Source: a virus | Taxonomy: Duplodnaviria > Caudoviricetes | IMG/VR virus record: IMGVR_UViG_3300035018_000016 | Coordinates: 1 to 53,624 of that record | Reading direction: 5' to 3' (one strand) | Length of the DNA stretch: 53,624 nt | Shown: one piece after another, positions 8,930 through 17,164 of the stretch | Position numbering within the stretch: the first letter of the stretch is position 1 | Layout: the number at the start of each line of letters is the position of its first letter | Position numbers and translations under genes: made by a program | The notes under the pieces: generated by a model | Database searches by the model: none | Seen by the model: the letters and a program-made list of their open reading frames with translations, nothing else | Told to the model about the DNA's origin: nothing

Positions 8930-9477
8930 GCCGCACCTGCCTGGTCGTCGGCGCCGGCGCGCTCCGGCAGCCAGTGGGGCGGCGCGTCCAGCGGCACGCC
9001 GAGGGTGATCTGGCGGATGGTCCGCAGCCGCTCGTCGAGGGCGCCGCGCAGTTCGGCGCCGGCCGGCGGCGCATGGCCGGTGAGGGCGTCGATCACCTGC
9101 TGGAAATGGGCCAACAGCGGGCCGAGTTCGGGCATGTCGCCCACGATCTGCGCCAGCGCGACAAGGTGGCGCTCCCCGTCGTGCAGCCGGTCGAGCGCCA
9201 GGCTGTAGAGGTTGGCGTCGACCGCCTCGCGCGTCCGGCTGTGGGCGCGCGGGAACAGGAACAGGCCCTGCTCGAACAGCCCGGCCACCAGGGCCGTGGC
9301 GAACGCCGTTCGCCACTCGGCCGCGGTGCCCGACGTCGGCGCCACGGCCAGTGCCTGGTCGATCGCCTCTGCCAGCGCGGGCGGCACCGGCACGCTCTCG
9401 CCGGCGGCCATGACGATCTCGGCCGGCAGGGTGCGCAAGGGGCGGGGCGCCGGCGCATCGGAAGGCGCCGGGCTCAT
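8926..9477 (-). CDS. Hypothetical phage protein
   Basis: 183 aa, coupled within the leftward operon. Confidence 0.65.
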   Translation of the reverse strand: MSPAPSDAPAPRPLRTLPAEIVMAAGESVPVPPALAEAIDQALAVAPTSGTAAEWRTAFATALVAGLFEQGLFLFPRAHSRTREAVDANLYSLALDRLHDGERHLVALAQIVGDMPELGPLLAHFQQVIDALTGHAPPAGAELRGALDERLRTIRQITLGVPLDAPPHWLPERAGADDQAGAA

Positions 9478-9722
9478 ATCGTCGTCCCCAGCCGCTTCAC
9501 GCCCGACAGCTCGAGCGCGGCGCGGTAGTGGGTGTCGATCTCGATCTGGCTGAAGCCGCCGCCCAGCAGCTCTTCATGCGTGATCGAGCCGCCGCCCGTG
9601 ACGCGGCGCGTGACCAGGTCGGCCATGCGCTTGCGGATGCTGCGCCCTGACTCCTTCCAGGGCGCGCCGTACAGCATCGACGACCAGCTGCGCGCCGGTG
9701 CCGGCGGGGCGGCGGCCGTCAT
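9474..9722 (-). CDS. Hypothetical phage protein
   Basis: 82 aa; ATGA overlap with the ParB gene stop. Confidence 0.6.
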   Translation of the reverse strand: MTAAAPPAPARSWSSMLYGAPWKESGRSIRKRMADLVTRRVTGGGSITHEELLGGGFSQIEIDTHYRAALELSGVKRLGTTI

Positions 9723-11467
9723 GCGGCCTCCGCAACTTCGGCGTCGGTGCCGGCGTCGTGGTCGCTCGCCTCGGCCGGCCCTCCAACCTCATCGGCAACC
9801 GGCTCGGGCACGAAACGCGCTGGGATCTCCACGCCCAGCTCGGCCGCGATAGCACGGTGCAGCCCGTCCGCCTTGCCGAAGGCCGGAACGTGCAAGACCT
9901 CGGACATGAAGCGGCTGATCAGGCCGTCAATGGCCGCGTCGTCCAGGGCGCGAAGGGCGGACCACAGCTTGTCCTCTGCTCCGACTTCGGGATCGTAGCG
10001 GTCGAGGTAGAAGCCATCGCCGCCCAAGAACTGCCCAAGCTGCTCGGCTTGGTCTCCGAGGTGCGGTCGGGGATCGACGTTGATCTCAAGATCGGCGCCG
10101 CCCAGGTTGCCGAGAAAGGCATAGACCACGAGGCGTCGAGCTAGGTCCGGCCGGCCGGGAAGGCCTTGGGCCAATGCAGCAGTCACGGCGTCGGCTTGCC
10201 GCTCTTCCTTCGAGGCACGCTCAGGCCGGTCACGCTCGACCCGTTGCGGCTTGGCCTTGTCGATTTTGGCGTCCCACACTTCGCGCGGAACGACGTTTTT
10301 CGCGGTCCTGATCTTGTTCCGCTCGAGCCAAACGACCGCGGTACAGTCGGACTCCGTAATTCCTTTCTTCCGCTTCTTCGCCTCGGCCTTGTTCTCCCAC
10401 CACGAGTTGATCGAGCCGCCATCGTCTGCCCAGACGAAGTTGCCAAGGGTCTGTGTGTTGACCCGTTGCGCGGTCGGCCAGGTCTTTTTCAGACGCTCGA
10501 CCCGGGCGTCGGCGGCGTCCGATTGAAGGCGGTTGAACTTGGCCTTGTCGGCGAACCACTTCTTGTCGCCTTCGACCAGGTATTCGCCATCGTAGAGATC
10601 GATCTTGAAGGCCGCGGTCGAAACCGGGATGGCCTTGTCCTGCAGCTTGCGGCGCACCGTATCGGCGTCACGCAGTGCCCAAGGGTCCTTCGCCATGATC
10701 TTCTGCAGCTTGCTCGGGGCACCGGCGAGGATGCGGGCCACTTCGACCTTCAATTCGCCGGCGGCGAGCTTCTGCTGCAGGTCGGCGGCGAGATTGCGGG
10801 CGATGTTGATGCGCTGCGCGACGAATCGATCGCTCTTGCCGATCAGCTTGCCGATAGCGGTAGCAGTCCAGTGCGTCTTGTTCTCGTCCTGTAGAGCGGC
10901 GAAGGCCTGCGCTTCCTCGAGCGGCGGAATGTCGACGCGCTGCAGGTTTTCGATAATCTGCAAGGCGCGGGCGCTGGCGGTGGTCTCGGCGGTGCGGACG
11001 AGGCAAAGCGCGGTGTCGGCGTTGTTCAGCTTGAGCGCGCGAAGCCGCCGGTGCCCGGCGATCAGCTCGAACCGGCCCTTGGTCAGGGAGTTCATCACCA
11101 CGAGCGGCTGCAGCAGCCCGCTCTCCTGGATGCTGGCAGCGAGGCCGGCCAGTTCGTCTTTGTCGTAGTCTTTCCGCGGATTGTGCGGGGAGGGGTCGAT
11201 GAGGTCGATCGGGATGGGGCGAACGGCGTTCGGCCCGTCGCCTTCCGACTGGCCGGCGAGCAGCTGCTCGATCGTAACGCCCATCGCGGCGGCCAGGCGG
11301 CCGGCCGATTCCATGTTGAGCGAGGCCTTGTCGCCCTTGGTGATCTTGCCGAGGTCGCTGTGGTCGATCTCGGTCCGGCGCCCCAGCTCGCGCAGACTGA
11401 CGTCGGGATGAGCCGTCAGCCAGCCGACCACGGCTTTCTGCAACGGTGTCTTGAACGTATTGGCCAT
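9719..11467 (-). CDS. XRE-HTH / ParB(Spo0J/KorB)-family fusion protein
   Basis: N-terminal XRE HTH (SLRELGRRTEIDHSDLGKI); ParB N-domain (PSPHNPRK, GLLQPLVV, IAGHRRLRA, IIENLQR); central HTH (TATAIGKLIGKSDRFVAQR); long C-terminal region. Confidence 0.88.
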   Translation of the reverse strand: MANTFKTPLQKAVVGWLTAHPDVSLRELGRRTEIDHSDLGKITKGDKASLNMESAGRLAAAMGVTIEQLLAGQSEGDGPNAVRPIPIDLIDPSPHNPRKDYDKDELAGLAASIQESGLLQPLVVMNSLTKGRFELIAGHRRLRALKLNNADTALCLVRTAETTASARALQIIENLQRVDIPPLEEAQAFAALQDENKTHWTATAIGKLIGKSDRFVAQRINIARNLAADLQQKLAAGELKVEVARILAGAPSKLQKIMAKDPWALRDADTVRRKLQDKAIPVSTAAFKIDLYDGEYLVEGDKKWFADKAKFNRLQSDAADARVERLKKTWPTAQRVNTQTLGNFVWADDGGSINSWWENKAEAKKRKKGITESDCTAVVWLERNKIRTAKNVVPREVWDAKIDKAKPQRVERDRPERASKEERQADAVTAALAQGLPGRPDLARRLVVYAFLGNLGGADLEINVDPRPHLGDQAEQLGQFLGGDGFYLDRYDPEVGAEDKLWSALRALDDAAIDGLISRFMSEVLHVPAFGKADGLHRAIAAELGVEIPARFVPEPVADEVGGPAEASDHDAGTDAEVAEAA

Positions 11468-11482
11468 GTCATTCGTCCCCTG

Positions 11483-11800
11483 TCATTCGTCGTTGGGCGG
11501 CACGGCGTGGTGGGCGAACAGGAGGGCGCGCGGCCGTGCCGCCGGCGCCTCCTGGGGAATCGGGGTAGGCGCGGGCAGCGCGCCGTCGGCATTCGCGAGC
11601 GGTAGCTTCGCGATCTCGGCCTTGATTTCGGCCAGGTGCGTGCCGAGGCGGCGCAGCTCGTGTGCCCAGGCCGGCCGGTGGCCGCCGGTGCGCCGGCCGT
11701 TGGGATCGAGATAGGCGCAGACGACGTGGCCGTCGGCCTGCCGCGCGACCAGGGCGACGTCGGTGCCGCCCAGCGTGTAGGGGCGCGGCCGGTCGGTCAT
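11483..11800 (-). CDS. Hypothetical phage protein
   Basis: MTDRPRPYTLGG..; ATG overlaps the stop of the upstream small ORF. Confidence 0.6.
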   Translation of the reverse strand: MTDRPRPYTLGGTDVALVARQADGHVVCAYLDPNGRRTGGHRPAWAHELRRLGTHLAEIKAEIAKLPLANADGALPAPTPIPQEAPAARPRALLFAHHAVPPNDE

Positions 11801-11871
11801 TTCGCGGCGGCCGAGAAGATGCCGCCCAGGACGAACAGGATGGCGGCGACGACGATGATGCCTTCGATCAT
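11797..11871 (-). CDS. 24-aa single-TM peptide (not in the ORF track)
   Basis: MIEGIIVVAAILFVLGGIFSAAAK*; GGAG upstream; TGA overlaps the next ATG. Confidence 0.55.
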   Translation of the reverse strand: MIEGIIVVAAILFVLGGIFSAAAK

Positions 11872-11873
11872 GG

Positions 11874-12062
11874 TCAGGCTCCCACGGATTTGCGCAGCGC
11901 GGCGACGTGATCGGCCGCCTCTTCAAAACGACGCAGCACGTCAGGCAAGAGGGCAGTGCGGCGCTGTTGCAGCGCCACGTCGATCAGATCGTTCATGCGA
12001 TCCAGCGAGGTCTGCAGCATGCGAAGGCGGGCGGCTGAGCCGTCGGAAAGAGGGCCGCTCAT
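11874..12062 (-). CDS. Hypothetical phage protein
   Basis: MSGPLSDGS.., 62 aa, ATGA-coupled. Confidence 0.55.
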   Translation of the reverse strand: MSGPLSDGSAARLRMLQTSLDRMNDLIDVALQQRRTALLPDVLRRFEEAADHVAALRKSVGA

Positions 12063-12220
12063 GGCCGCACCAGGAGGGCGACGGCCAGGAGGACGAGCAG
12101 GGCGATTACCGCGCCCAGGACGGGACGGCAGGCGCTGGCGCGGCGGTCGGGTTGGGGCGCAATGGAGACGGCCGACAGCGCGCGGTCCGGGCGACCGTCG
12201 CGGAGCAGGTGCGGCGCCAT
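12059..12220 (-). CDS. Small protein with a C-terminal TM helix
   Basis: MAPHLLRD..VLGAVIALLVLLAVALLVRP; coupled on both sides. Confidence 0.5.
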   Translation of the reverse strand: MAPHLLRDGRPDRALSAVSIAPQPDRRASACRPVLGAVIALLVLLAVALLVRP

Positions 12221-12498
12221 CACGCGATCCTCCGCCAGCCGGCGTCGGCTGCACAGTGCCGGCAGTAGCCGCATGCCGCCGACTCGTGAGCCGTCGTTAG
12301 GCGGCCGCACGCCCCAAGGCAGGGACGGGCCTTCGGGCAGTGCGCATGCAGCAAGCCGTGGCACGGGCAGAGGTCGGACAGGCCGGACGTCACGCGCCGC
12401 CGGCGCGCCGCCGTGCACCGGCACGGTTTGCCGTTCATGCCGATGTGGGCTGCCTCGGCCTCGAGGTGCTGATCGAGCGGGGTCGGGCGGGCCATCAC
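12220..12498 (-). CDS. Cys/His-rich small protein (possible Zn binding)
   Basis: CRC, CPCH, HAHC, CLGAC and CGYCRHC clusters. Confidence 0.55.
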   Translation of the reverse strand: MMARPTPLDQHLEAEAAHIGMNGKPCRCTAARRRRVTSGLSDLCPCHGLLHAHCPKARPCLGACGRLTTAHESAACGYCRHCAADAGWRRIA

Positions 12499-13010
12499 CG
12501 GCCACTCCCGAGGACGGCGGCGGCGCGCTGGGCGATCGTGCCCAACTCGCCGACGAAGTTGCAGGCTTCCATGCCCCGGTCGACGCGGCCGGTCTCCAGG
12601 GCCTCGTCGACACGATCGGCCGACAGGCGCAAGGCCCGGGCGAGATCGCGCAGGGCTTCGCGTTCCTTGGCCGTCAGCGGCTCGATCGAGGCGATCGGCA
12701 GTCCGGTGGGCCGCATGGTCGCGCCCTGGGTGGCTTCAACCGCGTCGAGTAGCTCGATCATCTGCTCGGCGTCGGTGAGGGTGGGCGCCGTGCCCTGCTT
12801 GTTGGGAGCCCCGTGGCCGTACAGCGTCCAGTGCCAGCGGTAGTCGTCGAGGGAGCGGAACACATCGCCGACCGGCCCGGCGTTGTTGCGGTAAATCCAG
12901 AAGCGCACGCCGGCGGCCTGCATGCCCGGATCGGCGTCGCGGAAGGTGAACACCAGCCGGGGCGAACGGCGTTCGCCCGGGGCGGGCGGGAGTGTGCTGG
13001 CGTCTGGCAT
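12495..13010 (-). CDS. Hypothetical phage protein
   Basis: 171 aa; GGAGG upstream. Confidence 0.65.
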   Translation of the reverse strand: MPDASTLPPAPGERRSPRLVFTFRDADPGMQAAGVRFWIYRNNAGPVGDVFRSLDDYRWHWTLYGHGAPNKQGTAPTLTDAEQMIELLDAVEATQGATMRPTGLPIASIEPLTAKEREALRDLARALRLSADRVDEALETGRVDRGMEACNFVGELGTIAQRAAAVLGSGR

Positions 13011-13013
13011 GGG

Positions 13014-13406
13014 TCAGGCCTCCGGGACGAAGATGGAAGGGGCGATGCCGGCCGCGACGAATTTGTCGGCGGCGGACTGCAGGACGCGCCGGCGGGCGCG
13101 AAAGAGCGCGGGCTCGTCGGCGACGATGGCGGCCCATGTCGAGCCCTCGATGCTTTCCGCGAGAATGGCGCGGTCGAGGGTCGACAGGATCGTGGGCAGG
13201 GTGCGGTCGGCACGGTCGAGCAGGCGGTGCAGGTGCTGCACGCGGGCCTCGACCTCTTCCACGCTTTCCGGCACCGGCGGCTGATCGCCGTCCGATACGT
13301 CGGTCAAGGCATTGGCGATGCAGTCGGGCAGGTTGAGCCGGTCGAGCACGGCGGCATGCTCGCCCTTCGTGAGGGTGACGCTCGGGATCGGCTGCAGGTC
13401 GCTCAC
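13014..13406 (-). CDS. Hypothetical phage protein
   Basis: GTG start with GGAGG RBS (MSDLQPIPSV..). Confidence 0.6.
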   Translation of the reverse strand: MSDLQPIPSVTLTKGEHAAVLDRLNLPDCIANALTDVSDGDQPPVPESVEEVEARVQHLHRLLDRADRTLPTILSTLDRAILAESIEGSTWAAIVADEPALFRARRRVLQSAADKFVAAGIAPSIFVPEA

Positions 13407-13408
13407 GA

Positions 13409-14011
13409 CTAGGCCTCCCGCGCCGGAAGCGTGTCGGCTTTGGCGAGCGCGGCATCGACCATGGCGCTGAGTGTCGTGACGGGGGCCTCGGCGGCGTCGG
13501 GCGCCGCGGTGAGGATCAAGGTCTGATCCTTGATCGCGCCGGACTTCAATCCTTTGGCGACGATGCGTACAACTTCGTACAGTTCGTCGCCGGCCTGGCT
13601 CTTGGCCCAGGAGATATCGGTCAGGCGCTGCTGCTCGGCCTCGCGCGCCTCTTTCGCCGCGTGCTCGGCGCGTGCCCTGGCGATCAGGCCGTCGCGTTCG
13701 ATCGTCTCGAACAGCCTGGCGACCAGAGGGACGTTGGCCTTGGCGGTCGGGCTGCAGTACGCGCTCGTGAACAAGGCGGCATGGCCGGCGCGCGGTGTTT
13801 GCTTGTGCAGGGTGCCGCCGTCCAGCGTCTTGCCGTCCTCGCGCAGCCACAGGAAATAGAGCGCCCCGTCGAGGTGGAACGAGGCCACGAAGGAAGTGCC
13901 GTGGACCCTGACCGCGATCCCGGTCATCCGATCGACCGGCCGCGACCGGCCGCGAACGGCGTTCGGGGAGGGGAGGCGAGGCGAGGGGGTGTCGGCGGCT
14001 GCGGTCTGCAT
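13409..14011 (-). CDS. Hypothetical protein, first gene of the leftward early operon
   Basis: ATG 14011 with GGAG RBS, just downstream of the OL-like operators. Confidence 0.65.
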   Translation of the reverse strand: MQTAAADTPSPRLPSPNAVRGRSRPVDRMTGIAVRVHGTSFVASFHLDGALYFLWLREDGKTLDGGTLHKQTPRAGHAALFTSAYCSPTAKANVPLVARLFETIERDGLIARARAEHAAKEAREAEQQRLTDISWAKSQAGDELYEVVRIVAKGLKSGAIKDQTLILTAAPDAAEAPVTTLSAMVDAALAKADTLPAREA

Positions 14012-14044
14012 GGGCGGCTCCGGGTGCGTGGGTGGCAACACACA

Positions 14045-14121
14045 GTTACCAAAAACGCAACATCGGGGCAAGACGAATGTTGCCGAAAGCGCAACCTTTG
14101 AAATTGAGGTTGCGCTTCGGC
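14045..14121. promoter_or_regulatory. OL-like operators and leftward promoter region
   Basis: 17-bp imperfect palindromes GTTACCAAAAACGCAAC (14045-14061) and GTTGCCGAAAGCGCAAC (14079-14095), plus a degenerate third copy from 14109; they match the cI-cro intergenic sites. Confidence 0.75.
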
Positions 14122-14159
14122 CCCTTGACGCCCGGCTTTCAACCGATTTCGGTGGGGGA

Positions 14160-14999
14160 ATGGAAATGCAATCGTGGGTTAGGAGCGTCCTTGCCGGAGT
14201 GGCCGGAGTCCTGGGCCTCGCCCTCCTGGCCAGTGCGCCGGCCGGCGCGCAGGTCGTGCGTTACGAGAACGTGGATCGCATCACCGATGCCAGATCGGCG
14301 CTGCTGATGCTGCCGGCGACGGCGGGGCGCGGCTTTCTGCTGATCCGTTGCCGCGACATGCTCGTGCCCGACCTGCTGCCGTCAGGCACGACCTCGGCGA
14401 CGCTCGCCTGGCGCATCGATCGCGAGCCACCGGTCGATTCGATCGTGCAAATGCTGACGCCGGCGGTCGCCGGCTCCTCGGCCGCCATCGTCGAGCATGC
14501 CGGCCTCGGCAAGCTGCGGCCGGCGCTGCGCGGCGGCACGTCGCTGGCAATGCGTTTCGACGGGCCGTTCGGCCAGCTCGATATCGAGTTCATCCACGGC
14601 CACGACACGCGGCAGAGCTTCGTGGTCGCCGCCGCCGCCATGGGTGTCCCCGAGGCGGCGGCCCGCATGGGCTACGACCACCTCGAACAGACGATCATCC
14701 GTGCGATCGCCAAGCAGGCGCCCGACTTCGCCTCGCTGATGGACAGGATCAAGGTGCCGTTGCGCGACGGCACCCGCACCCGCGAGGCTTGGGAACTGAT
14801 GCCGCAGATCCTGGGCTCGCTGCACGCCAGCCGCCAGCGCGTGGTCGTGGAAGACATGGGCGGCGTGATCTTCGGCCATGCCTGGTCGCAACTGAAGCCG
14901 CTGCTGAAGCTCGACGCCATGGGCTACAGGGCATTGAACGGGCCCGCCGCGCAGCAGCTCGACTGGCTGCGCGAGACCTGTCAGGGGGCCGGCGGCTAG
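14160..14999 (+). CDS. Secreted/periplasmic hypothetical protein in the immunity region
   Basis: Signal peptide (..VLAGVAGVLGLALLASAPAGA-Q); convergent with cI. Confidence 0.7.
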   Translation: MEMQSWVRSVLAGVAGVLGLALLASAPAGAQVVRYENVDRITDARSALLMLPATAGRGFLLIRCRDMLVPDLLPSGTTSATLAWRIDREPPVDSIVQMLTPAVAGSSAAIVEHAGLGKLRPALRGGTSLAMRFDGPFGQLDIEFIHGHDTRQSFVVAAAAMGVPEAAARMGYDHLEQTIIRAIAKQAPDFASLMDRIKVPLRDGTRTREAWELMPQILGSLHASRQRVVVEDMGGVIFGHAWSQLKPLLKLDAMGYRALNGPAAQQLDWLRETCQGAGG

Positions 15000-15008
15000 C
15001 GCCGGACG

Positions 15009-15656
15009 CTACACCAGGATGCGGTGATGCTCGACGGCCACGCCGATCACGCGGCCGCCCTTGACGTTCAGCGTCATCACCGGCCAGTCGGGATTGAGCG
15101 GCACCAGCTCGACGATCGGTCGACCGCGGCCGTCGTGGCCTTTTACCCGGAAGCGCTTGAAGGTGGCGAGGTTGTCCTCGTCGATGCGCGCGGCGACGTA
15201 ATGACCGGGCCTGGCCTCTAGGTCGGGGTCGATGATGACCACGTCCTTGTCGTGGAACTCCGGTTCCATCGACGGGCCGTCGATCTCGAGCGCGAAGGCG
15301 CGCGGGCCGACATGGCGGCGGACCGGAATCCAGGTCACCCCGTCGCCCTTGGGGTAGGGGTCGGCAACTTCGGTCCAATGCCCGGCCTGGATCGAATCGA
15401 TGAGCGGCACCAGCTGCACGCCGGTGCGACCGCCACCCTTGATCTTGCCCGGCTCTTCCAGCAGTTCGGCCGGTGTCGCATCCAGGGCCGGTGCCAGGCG
15501 CTCCAGCCACTTCTGCGACAGGCCCCGCTGGCCGCTCTCGAGGCGGGAGATGTTCGCCTTGTTCGTGCCGATCGCGTCGGCCAGCGCTTCCTGGGTCATG
15601 CCGTCGCGAAATTTACGCCACTCGGCCAGGTGGTTGCGGGTGACTTTGCGTTTCAT
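15009..15656 (-). CDS. cI: CI-like repressor (XRE HTH + S24 peptidase)
   Basis: HTH MTQEALADAIGTNKANISRLESG; Ala-Gly site (QAG); catalytic GPSM and TFKR; divergent from cro. Confidence 0.92.
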   Translation of the reverse strand: MKRKVTRNHLAEWRKFRDGMTQEALADAIGTNKANISRLESGQRGLSQKWLERLAPALDATPAELLEEPGKIKGGGRTGVQLVPLIDSIQAGHWTEVADPYPKGDGVTWIPVRRHVGPRAFALEIDGPSMEPEFHDKDVVIIDPDLEARPGHYVAARIDEDNLATFKRFRVKGHDGRGRPIVELVPLNPDWPVMTLNVKGGRVIGVAVEHHRILV

Positions 15657-15664
15657 GCTTGATT

Positions 15665-15747
15665 GTTGCCGGACTGGCAACGACGTTCCATCCACCGGAA
15701 TGGCAACCCTCTGTTGACGATTGTTGCGCTTTTGGTAACATAGCGGC
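15665..15747. promoter_or_regulatory. OR-like operators and rightward promoter
   Basis: GTTGCCGGACTGGCAAC (15665-15681), degenerate copy 15691-15707, GTTGCGCTTTTGGTAAC (15723-15739); -35 TTGACG (15714) and -10 TAACAT (15736). Confidence 0.78.
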
Positions 15748-16062
15748 ATGACCTCCCTCGCCGCATGGCTGAAAGACCAGGACATCAGCGACGCCGAATT
15801 TGGCGGCCGCATCGGCTGCGACCGCGGCTCGGTGGGCCGCTATGCCCGTGGCGAGCGCTTTCCCACCCCGGCGACCCTGGTCCGTATCCGCGAGGAGACC
15901 GGGGGCCTGGTGAACGCCGACGATATGCTGCGGACCTGGGAGGCCAAGAATCCGGGCCAAGCGCCGGAGGGCGAGGGGGCTGTGGACGAAAGCGGGGCGC
16001 CGAACGCCGTTCGTGACGCCAGCGCAGGGGAGTTGGTGGCCCGGCCGGGAGAGGCGGCGTGA
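15748..16062 (+). CDS. cro: Cro-like HTH regulator
   Basis: MTSLAAWL..ISDAEFGGRIGCDRGSVGRYARGERFP..TGGLVNADD; divergent from cI. Confidence 0.85.
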   Translation: MTSLAAWLKDQDISDAEFGGRIGCDRGSVGRYARGERFPTPATLVRIREETGGLVNADDMLRTWEAKNPGQAPEGEGAVDESGAPNAVRDASAGELVARPGEAA

Positions 16063-16271
16063 TGCGCGTATTCGTCTTCCTCGGGCCGGACCCGTCGCCC
16101 GACGCTCTGCGGCCGTGGTTCGTGCAAGAGGTCGAGCCGCTGTCCGTGTCGTTCTCGAAGCCGCTGAAGCGGTCGGGTCGTGTCGAGCAGGTCATGGTCG
16201 ATGATCTGGGCCCGCTCGACCCCGACCGCCGCCAGAATGCGGCCGCTCGTTTCCGGGAAGGTCGGCGATGA
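16062..16271 (+). CDS. Hypothetical phage protein
   Basis: Coupled to the cro stop (TGATG). Confidence 0.55.
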   Translation: MRVFVFLGPDPSPDALRPWFVQEVEPLSVSFSKPLKRSGRVEQVMVDDLGPLDPDRRQNAAARFREGRR

Positions 16272-16741
16272 GGCCCGCCTTCAACCCGGTCAAGCCACGG
16301 CCGCCGGGCACGGTGAAGGCCTGCGTGGTGGATCTGTTCGCCCAGAACGGCGGGCCCAAGCGCGTGATGGTGAAGCTCGACCTCGGCGAGAGCCAGGTCT
16401 ACGCCTTCACCGATCCGCAGAGTCCCGAGCGCATCAGCTTCGAGCGGGTCGCAGCGCTGACCAGCGAGGCGGCGCCCGCCGGCGCCGAGTTTCTCGCGGC
16501 CCTGGCCGGCGGTTTCTTTCAGCCCATGCCGTGCGCCGGCCGTAGCGGCCCGCAGGCGCTCACCGCGGAGTCGGCGCGCCAGCATGGCGAGGCGATCGCC
16601 GTCCTGGTGTCGGCCCTGGCCGATGGACGCATCAACGAGGTCGAGGCGCGCAACGCCATGACCGAGGTCGACGAGGCGCTGCGCGCCCTTTGCGGCCTCC
16701 GCGCACTGCTGATCGAAGCCAGCGGCCGGCCGCCGGACTGA
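16268..16741 (+). CDS. CII-like phage regulatory protein
   Basis: Position after cro; C-terminal ALADGRINEVEAR typical of CII/CP76-type proteins. Confidence 0.6.
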   Translation: MRPAFNPVKPRPPGTVKACVVDLFAQNGGPKRVMVKLDLGESQVYAFTDPQSPERISFERVAALTSEAAPAGAEFLAALAGGFFQPMPCAGRSGPQALTAESARQHGEAIAVLVSALADGRINEVEARNAMTEVDEALRALCGLRALLIEASGRPPD

Positions 16742-16768
16742 ACCCACAGGAATGGAGCGGGGGCTCTG

Positions 16769-17164
16769 ATGAACAAGACCATGACATTTGCGGTACTGCG
16801 CGAGGCCAATCTCGCCCGGCTGCCGCGGTTCAGAAACAGGCAGGGCGAGATCGCGCATCCGTCTCCTGACGGGTCGGACTGGTCGCTGGCCGACTGGATC
16901 GTGGCTGTCACCGGCGAGCTGGGCGAGCTCGCGAACCTGCAGAAGAAGGTCCGCCGCGGCGATTTCACGCTCGACGCGGCGCGGGTCGAACTCGGCGAGG
17001 AACTGGCCGACGTGGCGACCTATCTAGACATCCTCGCCATGCGTTACGGCGTCGATCTCGGCCAGGCTGTGGTCGACAAGTTCAACGAGGTCAGCCGCCG
17101 CGTCGATGCCGGCGTGTTCATCGAGCCTACAGCCTCGGGCCAGCAGGTCACGGTGTTTCCGTGA
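16769..17164 (+). CDS. MazG-like NTP pyrophosphohydrolase
   Basis: GELGELANLQKK..EELADV (ExxE..ExxD). Confidence 0.85.
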   Translation: MNKTMTFAVLREANLARLPRFRNRQGEIAHPSPDGSDWSLADWIVAVTGELGELANLQKKVRRGDFTLDAARVELGEELADVATYLDILAMRYGVDLGQAVVDKFNEVSRRVDAGVFIEPTASGQQVTVFP

